A stretch of DNA of 64,000 bases from a virus (IMGVR_UViG_3300027295_000004), one strand, 5' to 3'. Positions 18,983 to 27,460 are shown, numbered from the stretch's first letter. Translations and numbers: made by a program. The notes: a model not told the origin generated them from the letters alone.

Positions 18983-19951
18983 TTATTTGTTGATTGGGAA
19001 TTTCCAAACAGCATCCGAACCCGAACCGATCTTCACGAGTTTGTTTTCCTTATTGAGCTTGTAAAGCATCTGCCGAGCATATGCTTCGCTGACATTCAGT
19101 TCTTGAACCACGCGATCGATCGTAATGTTCGGCGGTTCCTTCATAGAAAGGATCTGGTCTTCCTTGCGTGATTTTTTCGATTTCGCGGACGCGGTAGTGA
19201 ATGCAGACATATCAGCGAGCGCAGACAAATCGTATCCGCTTGGACTGATTCTCAACACACCACTATACGGGGTACCATAACGGTTTTTCGAGGTTTGGAT
19301 GTCTCGATGATCATCAGATTCATCATTGATGCTGATTGCGATATTACAATCAACCGCATGAGTAATCACAGTGCTTCCTTTGAAGTTTCCGTTTTTGGTT
19401 TGATGGAGGATGATACCAACCGCACATTCGCTCTCTTTGGCTGCGGAGACGATTTTGTTAATTGCGTCCGCATCTCCCATGCGCTTATCATCGAATTGAA
19501 GTGTAGCAAAGCTGTCGACGATCAGAAAGTCCATTTGCTTCATCATCTTGCAGATTTCTTCCACATCCGTCTCGTGACATACTTGAACGGATTTCAAACC
19601 CAACCGGCGGCAGCTGTACGCGAGCATCGTGGTAGTTTCTTCACCAGTCACGTATCCCGCTTCATATCCTTGATCGGCGAGAGCCTCGCAGATTTGAAGC
19701 ATCAGCGTAGTCTTACCAACTCCTGCGGCGGCGGATAGAGTGAATACCATGCCCGGAAGGATTCCCTCACCACCAAAAAGTTTATCAACCACTTCAATGC
19801 CTGTGTGCATCCGACGGAAGAACACATCAGGAATTTTGATTTCAGAAACACGAACCATGCTGGACTTTTGATAACTAAGCTTCATATATTGTTTGTTTGT
19901 GTTTGGTGTTTGATTACTCTTTAATATGGATGTGGGTTGTGCTGCAATCAA
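18983..19951 (-). CDS. RecA-superfamily ATPase (DnaB-C/KaiC/RadA-like) with a C-terminal HTH-like region
   Basis: Walker A AAGVGKTT and Walker B FLIVDS; C-terminal ITIDRVVQELNVSEAYARQMLYKL. Confidence 0.6.
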   Translation of the reverse strand: MIAAQPTSILKSNQTPNTNKQYMKLSYQKSSMVRVSEIKIPDVFFRRMHTGIEVVDKLFGGEGILPGMVFTLSAAAGVGKTTLMLQICEALADQGYEAGYVTGEETTTMLAYSCRRLGLKSVQVCHETDVEEICKMMKQMDFLIVDSFATLQFDDKRMGDADAINKIVSAAKESECAVGIILHQTKNGNFKGSTVITHAVDCNIAISINDESDDHRDIQTSKNRYGTPYSGVLRISPSGYDLSALADMSAFTTASAKSKKSRKEDQILSMKEPPNITIDRVVQELNVSEAYARQMLYKLNKENKLVKIGSGSDAVWKFPINK

Positions 19952-19976
19952 CTAGCTTGTGCTTGATGTTTAACAA

Positions 19977-20008
19977 CAAAAAAAGCCGGAGGTCTCCCTC
20001 CGGCTTTT
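19977..20008. terminator. Bidirectional rho-independent terminator
   Basis: Sequence aaaaaaagccggagg-tctc-cctccggctttttg. Confidence 0.7.
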
Positions 20009-20026
20009 TGCTTACTTCCGTATGTG

Positions 20027-20347
20027 TTAGAGTGCGTAAATTCCACCCTTGCGCTTGACGTCAGATGCAAGGTCTCTAACGTCGATCCGCTGACAGATTT
20101 GTTCGTGCTGGTTAATGACATTGACAATCTCTGCACCCAAAATTCGATAACCACCATTCGGGGTTCGTTCGACCTCGAGGTGGAACGTCTTGGGGCGGAC
20201 GTCGTTGCTATTGTACCATTGGCGATTTAGGTTCTTTCGTGTTTTCATATGTGTTTTAATGTAAAGTGTGGTGCTGTGTATATCAACTAGCAATTGCTGT
20301 ATTTTTGATTTCTTTAACTGCCTCACCGAGATCAGAAGGTAGTTCAT
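20027..20347 (-). CDS. Hypothetical protein (106 aa)
   Basis: ORF. Confidence 0.4.
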   Translation of the reverse strand: MNYLLISVRQLKKSKIQQLLVDIHSTTLYIKTHMKTRKNLNRQWYNSNDVRPKTFHLEVERTPNGGYRILGAEIVNVINQHEQICQRIDVRDLASDVKRKGGIYAL

Positions 20348-20540
20348 TCACCCTATCAAAACTATATGCAATACCAAGAATGTCATTTCGCAATGCTGAT
20401 AGATAATCTGCTTGATATCCAATAATTTCATCTTTGCTGAAAGCATTAGACGGTAGTTGTAATCCTTTGCGATACTCTGCAAGTGTCTCAAGTCCATTAT
20501 TCCATTTTTGGATTTTGCTTTTGAGTGTTTCAATATTCAT
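20283..20540 (-). CDS. Hypothetical protein (85 aa)
   Basis: ORF. Confidence 0.35.
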   Translation of the reverse strand: MNIETLKSKIQKWNNGLETLAEYRKGLQLPSNAFSKDEIIGYQADYLSALRNDILGIAYSFDRVNELPSDLGEAVKEIKNTAIAS

Positions 20541-20896
20541 ACTTCAATTGTTTCAATTTGTTCTTTGATGTGTCCGGTGCTGCTTGGTTTGTTTTCAATC
20601 TCAAAATCTTCAACTAGAGTCTTCCCTTCAAGGAGACTCAAGTAATAAGGCCAGATGGGGGTGCTGATTGGATCTTCCAAAAGAGCATGGAAATTTTGAA
20701 CATACGCCAATGCTTTGTCGGCGCTAAGATCATTTGAAACCATAACCTCCTTAATCTCTTTTAAGCCTTTTTTGGAGATATAGTTATATTTGGCACCTTC
20801 GGCTGTGGTTCCCATTTTCTCAAATCTTTTTTCCCATACATCAGGCCTTGCTGAAACCTCGTCGCCAGTAGCTGCACAATGAATTTTGTACTTCAT
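20537..20896 (-). CDS. Hypothetical protein (119 aa)
   Basis: ORF. Confidence 0.45.
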   Translation of the reverse strand: MKYKIHCAATGDEVSARPDVWEKRFEKMGTTAEGAKYNYISKKGLKEIKEVMVSNDLSADKALAYVQNFHALLEDPISTPIWPYYLSLLEGKTLVEDFEIENKPSSTGHIKEQIETIEV

Positions 20897-21126
20897 GAAT
20901 ATTTAACTTCGTTTGTTTGGACGATTTGCACGATGCTTTCCTTCATGATTTTTTCTGGGAGAATCACCATGTCACCATCTTCATCGATTACTGAAAAATT
21001 GCCTTCACCAATCGCCTTGCGAAGATCGAATCTAAATTGGGCATATTTTTCTGGTTCAATTTTCTCAAGCCGAGAAACGATTACAGCACCTCCTGGCGTC
21101 GTGACTTTAATTGCGAATTCAATCAT
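20893..21126 (-). CDS. Hypothetical protein (77 aa)
   Basis: ORF; overlapping stop/start with the upstream gene. Confidence 0.4.
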   Translation of the reverse strand: MIEFAIKVTTPGGAVIVSRLEKIEPEKYAQFRFDLRKAIGEGNFSVIDEDGDMVILPEKIMKESIVQIVQTNEVKYS

Positions 21127-21164
21127 AATTGAATATCGCGGGCGGTGTGTATGTAATCAAGTGG

Positions 21165-21632
21165 TTACTCTGAAAAATCTTTAGCCGAATTCAAAAAGAT
21201 TTGCGTAAGCTGTTCATCCATTTTAAAGCGAATGGTATTTTTCTCAATGCTTGTTAAAATGTTCCCATTTTTTGTGCGCTTAGTTGCTGCAACCCAGTCA
21301 GCGAACATTTCAATAATATCCACCAAATTCATATCATTTACACCACCAGCGAAGTGTTCTGGGTGATGCCTATTGTTCTTGTAATGGTGATCAATCGCCA
21401 GTTTTACTTTGCCTTTCAGTTGGTCGTATTCTGGGGTGCCATATTCGACTTCTTTCAACTCGCCTTGTGTTGCAGCAAATGCCTCTAACTCTGGTGAACA
21501 TAGTTTTGATTTGTCGTGATCTAATGCTCTGCCACTTAATTGATTTATCAAACCATAAAGAACATTTCGGACTTGATTGATATGTTCATTGGTCTCATTG
21601 ATGGTTGCCAATTCGTTTGATATTTTGTTCAT
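21165..21632 (-). CDS. Hypothetical protein (155 aa)
   Basis: ORF; His-rich HHYKNNRHHPEH. Confidence 0.45.
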   Translation of the reverse strand: MNKISNELATINETNEHINQVRNVLYGLINQLSGRALDHDKSKLCSPELEAFAATQGELKEVEYGTPEYDQLKGKVKLAIDHHYKNNRHHPEHFAGGVNDMNLVDIIEMFADWVAATKRTKNGNILTSIEKNTIRFKMDEQLTQIFLNSAKDFSE

Positions 21633-21751
21633 ATTATCGCAGATTGATCATGTAAAAGTACCAGCTGTAGACCACCAAGATAAGCAAAATTATAAATGGT
21701 GGGAGTATCGGCGGTGGGATTAAGTTGTGCCAGTGTGTTATATTCATCTCA

Positions 21752-22123
21752 TTATTCGTTGTTGTTTAGTTCTTTCCAAGCATCCCTTACCTCTTCTCTG
21801 AATTTAGTAATGTCAGGATGATCAATAATGCCAATGCGAAATCCTGACGACGTAACATAATTAAGAACTTGGCGAACCTTGATGGGATCTTTCATATTAC
21901 CTACATACCGTCGCATCGTCCTAATATTTTCTTCTGGCGTATTATTCCATGTGCCGATAAAGCTATGTCTAATTTTTTGCCACTCGGGTTGTGCGACAAC
22001 TACTTTAATGTTTGCCGCTCTTACTTCTTTCGGTGTTGGATCTGATTTGCGAAATTCTTTGTGTTTGTCCCCATACATTCTGAGAGTAATCTCCATTCTT
22101 TCCTTTTGAGATAGCTTTTTCAT
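21752..22123 (-). CDS. Hypothetical protein (123 aa)
   Basis: ORF. Confidence 0.45.
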   Translation of the reverse strand: MKKLSQKERMEITLRMYGDKHKEFRKSDPTPKEVRAANIKVVVAQPEWQKIRHSFIGTWNNTPEENIRTMRRYVGNMKDPIKVRQVLNYVTSSGFRIGIIDHPDITKFREEVRDAWKELNNNE

Positions 22124-22134
22124 TGCTTAATATA

Positions 22135-22659
22135 TTAATTATCGTCTTCGACGCCGGTTTTCACAAAGGTAACATACCCATCGTACGTTTCAACCATTTT
22201 TCGTTGAACCGCTGGCAGTCGGTACAATGGATGTCGAAACCAGTAATTGATTGATCCATCAGGCATCCTCCCCAGGCTCTCTATAGGAATTGGGTTGTTG
22301 TTGTTTGCTTGTGATACGATCGCTGGTGTTGAATTTTCTTTAATTGGGGCGATTTGCTTATTTTTTCGACAGTCTGTACAAACATAGTTGGCGTACAGTT
22401 TATCGATGCTCCCGTACGATTTGATCCTAGTATTAAAAATTTCCATTGAGGTGTTCCCGCAGAGTTTGTTGCATGAAGAACATGGAATCTTGTATGGGAA
22501 TTTACCTTTTTGGTGATCGGCTTTGACTTTGTCAATGTCCAACACGAATGGTTTTGCTTTTTTCGGCATGCAATAAAATACTATCGGGTGTTGCTGGTGA
22601 CAACTACATTTTGTGATTTGGTGTTTGATATAATCAGTTGCGGCTTCCAACACCCGCAC
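22135..22659 (-). CDS. Hypothetical Cys-rich (zinc-ribbon) protein
   Basis: Multiple CxxC pairs. Confidence 0.45.
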   Translation of the reverse strand: MRVLEAATDYIKHQITKCSCHQQHPIVFYCMPKKAKPFVLDIDKVKADHQKGKFPYKIPCSSCNKLCGNTSMEIFNTRIKSYGSIDKLYANYVCTDCRKNKQIAPIKENSTPAIVSQANNNNPIPIESLGRMPDGSINYWFRHPLYRLPAVQRKMVETYDGYVTFVKTGVEDDN

Positions 22660-22674
22660 GTAATATATTAAATC

Positions 22675-23118
22675 ATGGTCTCACAAATCAATAAAAACAT
22701 CTTGACTGTTAAAGAGGGAACAATTGTTCATTCCGTCAACTGCATTGGTGCCGTGGGAGGGTTGGCTGGTGCAATTGGTCGCCTATGGCCTACCAATGTT
22801 CGTGTCTATAAAGAAAAAGTCAAACGAGAAGGAAGATCAAAGAGTCTTCTTGGTGATGTCTTGTGGGTGCAAGTTGCGCCTAAACTTCATATTTGCAATC
22901 TATTTGGTCAATATAATATTGGTCTGGGGTCGAGACAAACTGATTACATCGCCCTTGCTAAGGGATTCCAGCTGATCGAAAAGTCCGCCCATCGTGATAT
23001 CTACATCCCATATCGGATTGGTTGTGGGCTTGGTGGTGGAGACTGGGATTATGTTCTCGAAATGATCACCAAGACATTCGGATCCAGTGGTAAGCAAGTA
23101 TATATTTGCAGTATCTAA
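22675..23118 (+). CDS. Macro-domain-like (ADP-ribose-binding) protein
   Basis: TIVHSVNCIGAVGGLAGAIG resembles the macro-domain N-terminal Gly-rich motif. Confidence 0.4.
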   Translation: MVSQINKNILTVKEGTIVHSVNCIGAVGGLAGAIGRLWPTNVRVYKEKVKREGRSKSLLGDVLWVQVAPKLHICNLFGQYNIGLGSRQTDYIALAKGFQLIEKSAHRDIYIPYRIGCGLGGGDWDYVLEMITKTFGSSGKQVYICSI

Positions 23119-23119
23119 T

Positions 23120-23626
23120 ATGGCTTTTATCAAACTTGAAAATTGCTCTCAGCAAATTTTAAAGGGGATGCAGGTGTCTGCACCAGAGGGTGCATTTGTA
23201 TTTGATGCGGTCACTGATGAACCAATTGAAATTACGCAAAGAACCATCTTTCATACAACTGGCAATAACCGAAAAGGCATTGGTCGTTATCGTATAAATA
23301 TGACAGGTCCTGATGGTCGAAGTGTCTATTGTATGAATTATATGATGGACGACAATAAAAAGAAGTATCATGCCATTTGGCGATTAGAACAAGAACCTTA
23401 CACTGCTGCTGATATATTTCGAATTTATGGGTATCAGGTTACTGATGACCATCAGCGGGCTAAGAAATATAAACTCACTGGGCGAGTGCGAGCGCACAAA
23501 ATTGCGAAGGCACTTCGTGACAATAATAGACACGATGAAGCAGATCTCATGATTGACGATATGAAAGCAGCCATATCTAAGGGCAAAAGATTTATATGCC
23601 ACTGGCCAAAGGATTTAGTCCATTGA
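23120..23626 (+). CDS. Hypothetical protein
   Basis: ORF 23087-23626 trimmed to the ATG at 23120 so that it abuts the upstream stop. Confidence 0.45.
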   Translation: MAFIKLENCSQQILKGMQVSAPEGAFVFDAVTDEPIEITQRTIFHTTGNNRKGIGRYRINMTGPDGRSVYCMNYMMDDNKKKYHAIWRLEQEPYTAADIFRIYGYQVTDDHQRAKKYKLTGRVRAHKIAKALRDNNRHDEADLMIDDMKAAISKGKRFICHWPKDLVH

Positions 23627-23645
23627 ATGGACTAAATAAAGGTAT

Positions 23646-23999
23646 ATGAAATATCGTGAAAATCAATTAATCTTTGAGCAATATCGTAAAGTTCTAAACG
23701 AAAGCAACGGCATGTCTGAGCAATATGAATTTGTAGTAGAGGAAATTCCTGGAATGTCTGGAGGTCCTTTCTATGTAGAGGGTACTGTCGAATACTCCTC
23801 TTATTCTGATGAAGGTGGTGGTGGCGAACCATTGAGTGTTCCTGAGTGGCAAGATGGTTCTATTGACAGGGTGTATTACTTCGATGATAGTGATAACCCA
23901 CAAGAGGTAGATGTCACAGGACAAATTACTCCGGAAGTAGAAAAATTTCTACTATCTGAATTGAAGGATCAATTTGACAACGATCAAGATCTTTACTAA
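23646..23999 (+). CDS. Hypothetical acidic protein (117 aa)
   Basis: ORF. Confidence 0.45.
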   Translation: MKYRENQLIFEQYRKVLNESNGMSEQYEFVVEEIPGMSGGPFYVEGTVEYSSYSDEGGGGEPLSVPEWQDGSIDRVYYFDDSDNPQEVDVTGQITPEVEKFLLSELKDQFDNDQDLY

Positions 24000-24032
24000 T
24001 AGGAATAATTAAGCAATCGAAGAACCATCCTT

Positions 24033-24086
24033 AAGGGGGCTAGATGAGATATTTTTAGGCAATTCTCATCTAGCCCCTTGATTTTT
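24033..24086 (+). terminator. Rho-independent terminator (15-bp perfect inverted repeat plus T-run)
   Basis: Sequence aagggggctagatgag...ctcatctagcccctt gattttt. Confidence 0.7.
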
Positions 24087-24159
24087 AGATTTCTGTAGTG
24101 ATAGTAACGATGAAGTCGCTAGGTTCTAAAGCATATGGATAGTATTTTGTTTGTAACTA

Positions 24160-24167
24160 TATAAATA
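24160..24167 (+). promoter_or_regulatory. TATAAATA motif (T4-type late-promoter-like) upstream of the ORF at 24173
   Basis: Exact TATAAATA 6 nt upstream of the ATG. Confidence 0.25.
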
Positions 24168-24172
24168 AGTAT

Positions 24173-24469
24173 ATGAGCAAATCCAAATTCGAAACAATAC
24201 AGCGCCAGTATCTAGGAACAATCAATGAGGAGGTGGATCTCCAATCCTGTGCCGCCAATGTAGCTAGCCTTGAAACGACACTCAAGGACGCAATTGACAA
24301 CACCCAATCCTCTTTGAAACAAATGATGAACCTTTATCAAGACACTGGCGACGGATCCATTGATGCCGTTTGGGAAACTTGCACCCAGATGTATAATTTG
24401 GCAATGACTACCTTTAATTCTAATAGTGAAGCCTTAAAGAATTTTGAAAAACTTTACTATAAAGAGTAG
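24173..24469 (+). CDS. Hypothetical protein (98 aa)
   Basis: ORF. Confidence 0.45.
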   Translation: MSKSKFETIQRQYLGTINEEVDLQSCAANVASLETTLKDAIDNTQSSLKQMMNLYQDTGDGSIDAVWETCTQMYNLAMTTFNSNSEALKNFEKLYYKE

Positions 24470-24486
24470 AAATAGTAAATCTCGAA

Positions 24487-24494
24487 TATAAATA
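24487..24494 (+). promoter_or_regulatory. TATAAATA motif at the start of the noncoding leader preceding the tRNA array
   Basis: Exact match. Confidence 0.25.
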
Positions 24495-24867
24495 ATTTTA
24501 ACGTGAATACACAGACGCCAGAGATTAATTTCTTTTATACAACTCCAACAGCCAATCGAATGGCTGCGGGTGGTTGCAAGTGGCGTCTCCTCGATGCTCA
24601 GCGATCATCCGCGAGTTGAAAAAAACTTTAAAAAAGACTTGCAGGTGTAACACGCCGCAGTTATAATAAAAAAGTTAAAATAAACAACGAGGTTCACGAC
24701 AAGGGAGCACCTGAAGCGCCCAAGCGATCACAGAAAGTGACATCAGTTAAAAGCTGATAGTGTATGAAGTATTTTTACAGATATCAAATGTCTTGATATC
24801 AAGGGTCCAGTAAAGCAAATGCTTGATGTTTCCTAGTGTAGTACACTGAATAACATATCTTTTTTTA

Positions 24868-24956
24868 GGGTTCTTTTCCTGACGGTGGACTGTAAATCCA
24901 TTGCCGTGTTATGTCAGGCGGTTCGGCAGAAGGTTCAACTCCTTGAGGACCCACCA
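24868..24956 (+). tRNA. Atypical tRNA-like gene (GUA Tyr-type anticodon hairpin; truncated D-arm; ~27-nt variable region)
   Basis: Acceptor gggttct/aggaccc-a-cca; T-arm gaagg-ttcaact-ccttg; anticodon hairpin gtgga-ctgtaaa-tccat. The D region is only 8-9 nt and can instead pair with the variable region (cctgac/gtcagg). Confidence 0.35.
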
Positions 24957-24965
24957 ATTTCAAAT

Positions 24966-25042
24966 GGGGGTGCATGTACTAAGGCTAGCGAGACTGATTT
25001 GCAATCAGACTGTTGTGGGTTCGATTCCCACCATCTCCACCA
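24966..25042 (+). tRNA. tRNA (anticodon probably UGC, Ala); D-arm pairing is poor
   Basis: Acceptor gggggtg/catctcc-a-cca; T-arm gtggg-ttcgatt-cccac; anticodon loop tttgcaa. Confidence 0.45.
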
Positions 25043-25046
25043 ATTT

Positions 25047-25139
25047 GGATGATTAAGCAGACAAGCGTGCTGCATCTGTTTGGAAGACAGATTGATCTAG
25101 TGATCCTAGGTTGGGGTGCAAGTCCTCATTCATCCGCCA
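25047..25139 (+). tRNA. tRNA-Ser (GGA), class II, with a non-canonical T-loop TGCAAGT
   Basis: Acceptor ggatgat/ttcatcc-g-cca; anticodon tctgt-ttggaag-acaga; long variable arm; D-loop lacks GG. Confidence 0.55.
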
Positions 25140-25145
25140 CTTTCT

Positions 25146-25221
25146 GGTGTTGTATTTTAATCGGCAAATTGCTATCCTGTCACGATAGATGATGCGGGTT
25201 CGAATCCCGTCAGCACCGCCA
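25146..25221 (+). tRNA. tRNA-Asp (GUC)
   Basis: Acceptor ggtgttg/cagcacc-g-cca; anticodon ctatc-ctgtcac-gatag; T-arm gcggg-ttcgaat-cccgt. Confidence 0.65.
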
Positions 25222-25227
25222 ATTTAT

Positions 25228-25320
25228 GGGTAGCTAAACAGACAAGCGCGCTGTAACCGCCTTGAAAGCGGATTGATCTAGTGATCCTAGGTTGGGGTGC
25301 AAGTCCTCAGTTACCCGCCA
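25228..25320 (+). tRNA. tRNA-Ser (UGA), class II, non-canonical T-loop TGCAAGT
   Basis: Acceptor gggtagc/gttaccc-g-cca; anticodon loop cttgaaa. Confidence 0.55.
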
Positions 25321-25464
25321 ATTAAGCATCAACTATCCACACTTTATGAGGAAATCCTCACAAGCTATCCCTTATATGGCTCTGGTCAAACATGGGCTTG
25401 TGCATGTTTGTAGATGATAACAGTGCTCACTGGAAAATAGCTAACTCTTAGTGGAGCACATTTC

Positions 25465-25538
25465 GGTCTTTTAGTTTAATGGTAAAACGACGCACTTGTA
25501 ATGCGTTGATTCCGGTTCGACTCCGGACAGGACCTCCA
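25465..25538 (+). tRNA. tRNA-Thr (UGU)
   Basis: ggtcttt-ta-gttt-aatggta-aaac-g-acgca-cttgtaa-tgcgt-..-tccgg-ttcgact-ccgga-caggacc-t-cca. Confidence 0.65.
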
Positions 25539-25547
25539 TTTCTTTTT

Positions 25548-25623
25548 ACGTGCTAATGTCCCAAGGCAGGCGAGTTGGACTCCAAATCCGACTGGGTCAG
25601 TTCGATTCTGACAGCACGTGCCA
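25548..25623 (+). tRNA. tRNA-Trp (CCA)
   Basis: Acceptor acgtgct/agcacgt-g-cca; anticodon ttgga-ctccaaa-tccga; T-arm gtcag-ttcgatt-ctgac. Confidence 0.55.
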
Positions 25624-25628
25624 ATTTC

Positions 25629-25702
25629 GGCCTATTAGTTTAGTGGTAAAACAATTTACTCGTAATGAATAGTCCCCAGCTCAATTCTGGGATAGGCCTC
25701 CA
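25629..25702 (+). tRNA. tRNA-Thr (CGU)
   Basis: Acceptor ggcctat/ataggcc-t-cca; anticodon attta-ctcgtaa-tgaat. Confidence 0.6.
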
Positions 25703-25708
25703 TCTTAT

Positions 25709-25785
25709 GCGGTTGTAGCTCAATTTGGTAGAGCGCATCCTTGCCAAGGATATTGTCGCAGGTTCGAATCCTGTCAGCCGCACCA
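25709..25785 (+). tRNA. tRNA-Gly (GCC)
   Basis: Canonical: gcggttg-ta-gctcaatttggtagagc-..ttgccaa..-gcagg-ttcgaat-cctgt-cagccgc-a-cca. Confidence 0.7.
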
Positions 25786-25787
25786 AT

Positions 25788-25880
25788 GGGTAGTTAAGCA
25801 GACAAGCGTACTGCAACCGTCTCGAAAGCGGATTGATCTAGCGAACCTAGGTTGGGGTGCAAGTCCTCAGCTACCCGCCA
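25788..25880 (+). tRNA. tRNA-Ser (CGA), class II, non-canonical T-loop TGCAAGT
   Basis: Acceptor gggtagt/gctaccc-g-cca; anticodon loop ctcgaaa. Confidence 0.55.
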
Positions 25881-25888
25881 TTTTATAT

Positions 25889-25962
25889 GGTCCTTTAGCA
25901 TAATGGTAATGCATCGGATTTTGATTCCGACTATGATGGTTCAATTCCATCAGGGACTTCCA
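25889..25962 (+). tRNA. tRNA-Gln (UUG)
   Basis: D gcat-aatggta-atgc; anticodon tcgga-ttttgat-tccga; T gatgg-ttcaatt-ccatc. Confidence 0.6.
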
Positions 25963-25972
25963 ATTTCTTTTG

Positions 25973-26047
25973 GCTCGAATAGCACAATGGTGAGTGTATT
26001 TCCTTGGTATGGAAGGGATGTGGGTTCGATTCCCACTTTGAGCCCCA
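25973..26047 (+). tRNA. tRNA-Thr (GGU)
   Basis: Acceptor gctcgaa/tttgagc-c-cca; anticodon tttcc-ttggtat-ggaag. Confidence 0.55.
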
Positions 26048-26050
26048 CAC

Positions 26051-26122
26051 GCCTCTGTAATTCAAAAGTAGAATGGTTGTTTCATAAGCAACACGGTGAA
26101 GGTGCAAGTCCTTCCGGAGGTA
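26051..26122 (+). tRNA. tRNA-Met/Ile2 (CAU), non-canonical T-loop TGCAAGT, D-loop without GG; CCA not encoded
   Basis: gcctctg-ta-attc-aaaagta-gaat-g-gttgt-ttcataa-gcaac-acggt-gaagg-tgcaagt-ccttc-cggaggt-a. Confidence 0.5.
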
Positions 26123-26131
26123 CTAATTTAT

Positions 26132-26800
26132 ATGCCAAACACTGCAATTTTATTCACAGGAAACGTACACGGTGACACCATTGATGTTCTAATTGAACAG
26201 ACCAAAAATCAGACAAATAAAATAGCATCAATATGGGAAAATGAATCACCTGAATATGTCGACAAATTAAAAAACAACAATTTTAAAATCATTTACAATA
26301 GTGTAAAACAACAAGAAATATATAAACCACAGTTTATTACTGTACATAATGGGTTGAAGTATCTTAAAGAAAACGGATATGAATATGTATTAAGGACTCG
26401 TTTTGATATACTATGTCAAGATTATGATAGATATTTAGAGATACTGGCGAAGTCGTATCGCGAAAAGCTAACAGCTATCGCTGGCATAGAGACATCTACC
26501 ACTTATTTTTTAGATATTATTATAGGTGGGAAAATTGATGAGATGCTTAAATTTTTCGCATTGCAGCCAAACTATGATGTTAGGTACTATGAAAAATTTT
26601 TAATAGAAAATTACTCAAATAAAACAAATCTAACTAAAGAAGAAATAAGAAATATATTGAATTTCTCGTTAAGTGATTGTGTCAATAACAACATTGAATT
26701 CATATGGTACAGGCCAATTTCGTGGAAGTCGCAAACGATCACGTGGCCAGACATGAGAGTAATTAATGAGTATTGCAAAAATAATTTTATCTGGATGTAG
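26132..26800 (+). CDS. Hypothetical protein (223 aa) encoded by a markedly AT-rich ORF inserted within the tRNA array
   Basis: ORF 26096-26800 trimmed to the ATG at 26132 to clear the tRNA; K/N/I/Y-rich composition unlike flanking DNA; its stop overlaps the 5' end of tRNA-Pro. Confidence 0.45.
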   Translation: MPNTAILFTGNVHGDTIDVLIEQTKNQTNKIASIWENESPEYVDKLKNNNFKIIYNSVKQQEIYKPQFITVHNGLKYLKENGYEYVLRTRFDILCQDYDRYLEILAKSYREKLTAIAGIETSTTYFLDIIIGGKIDEMLKFFALQPNYDVRYYEKFLIENYSNKTNLTKEEIRNILNFSLSDCVNNNIEFIWYRPISWKSQTITWPDMRVINEYCKNNFIWM

Positions 26801-26867
26801 TTCAGCTTGGTAGAACATTTGATTTGGGATCAAAAGGTCGTGGGTTCGAATCCCACCATCCAGACCA
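26791..26867 (+). tRNA. tRNA-Pro (UGG)
   Basis: ctggatg-ta-gttc-agcttggta-gaac-a-tttga-tttggga-tcaaa-aggtc-gtggg-ttcgaat-cccac-catccag-a-cca. Confidence 0.65.
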
Positions 26868-26870
26868 ATT

Positions 26871-26878
26871 TATAAATA
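26871..26878 (+). promoter_or_regulatory. TATAAATA motif (T4-late-promoter-like) between tRNA-Pro and the second tRNA-Met
   Basis: Exact match. Confidence 0.25.
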
Positions 26879-26924
26879 AACAAGTTGATAACAACACAAC
26901 CACGTGTTAATATTAACTACACAT

Positions 26925-26999
26925 TGCGGGATAGAGCAGTAGTAGCTCAACTGGCTCATAACCAGGAGGTCGGTGGTGCAAGTCCATCTCCCGCAACCA
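26925..26999 (+). tRNA. tRNA-Met/Ile2 (CAU), second copy, non-canonical T-loop TGCAAGT, D-loop agtagta
   Basis: tgcggga-ta-gagc-agtagta-gctc-..-ctcataa-..-ggtgg-tgcaagt-ccatc-tcccgca-a-cca. Confidence 0.5.
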
Positions 27000-27013
27000 A
27001 TTTCAACATATGT

Positions 27014-27109
27014 GCTCCTGTAGCTCAATTGGTAGAGCGGAAAGCTTATACCTTTCGTATGCCCCAGATTAGGGCGCGGTTGTCGGTTCGAATCCGGCCA
27101 GGAGTACCA
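27014..27109 (+). tRNA. Atypical tRNA with anticodon UAU (Ile-type) and a ~25-nt variable region
   Basis: gctcctg-ta-gctcaattggtagagc-g-gaaag-cttatac-ctttc-[25 nt]-gtcgg-ttcgaat-ccggc-caggagt-a-cca. Confidence 0.4.
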
Positions 27110-27127
27110 ATTTCAACGAAAACAAAA

Positions 27128-27451
27128 ATGACTAAAAAAGATCGCAACAAACCCACATATGAGTGGATTGATGTAAATGCTGGTGAAGCATATTACTCTT
27201 TATATGCATATTGTTTAGACAACGCCGATCAACTAAACGGCCATCCTGGAATTCAAATCGGGTGTTATCATTACGCCATCAGCAGAAAGATGACACCAAA
27301 AAAACCATTCAAAGTACATGCTAGGAAAATGAATCAAGGGCATATATGGAGAGGCTGGGGTAGATCTTACATTAAAGTAGATCGCGACATTCAGGTAGAT
27401 AACAAAAAAAGATTCTGGCCTACACACAATCAAATTTCAATAGAAGTTTAA
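27128..27451 (+). CDS. Hypothetical protein (107 aa)
   Basis: ORF 26885-27451 trimmed to the Met at 27128; the upstream part overlaps two tRNAs. Confidence 0.4.
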   Translation: MTKKDRNKPTYEWIDVNAGEAYYSLYAYCLDNADQLNGHPGIQIGCYHYAISRKMTPKKPFKVHARKMNQGHIWRGWGRSYIKVDRDIQVDNKKRFWPTHNQISIEV

Positions 27452-27460
27452 CCTGCACAT

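Noticed and set aside
19295-19738. 147-aa plus-strand ORF
   Set aside because: It is antisense to the RecA-like ATPase gene, which has clear Walker motifs.
26096-26131. Upstream extension of ORF 26096-26800
   Set aside because: It overlaps the 3' half of tRNA-Met (26051-26122). The start was moved to the ATG at 26132.
26885-27127. 5' part of ORF 26885-27451
   Set aside because: It runs straight through two tRNA genes. The coding region was trimmed to the internal Met at 27128.
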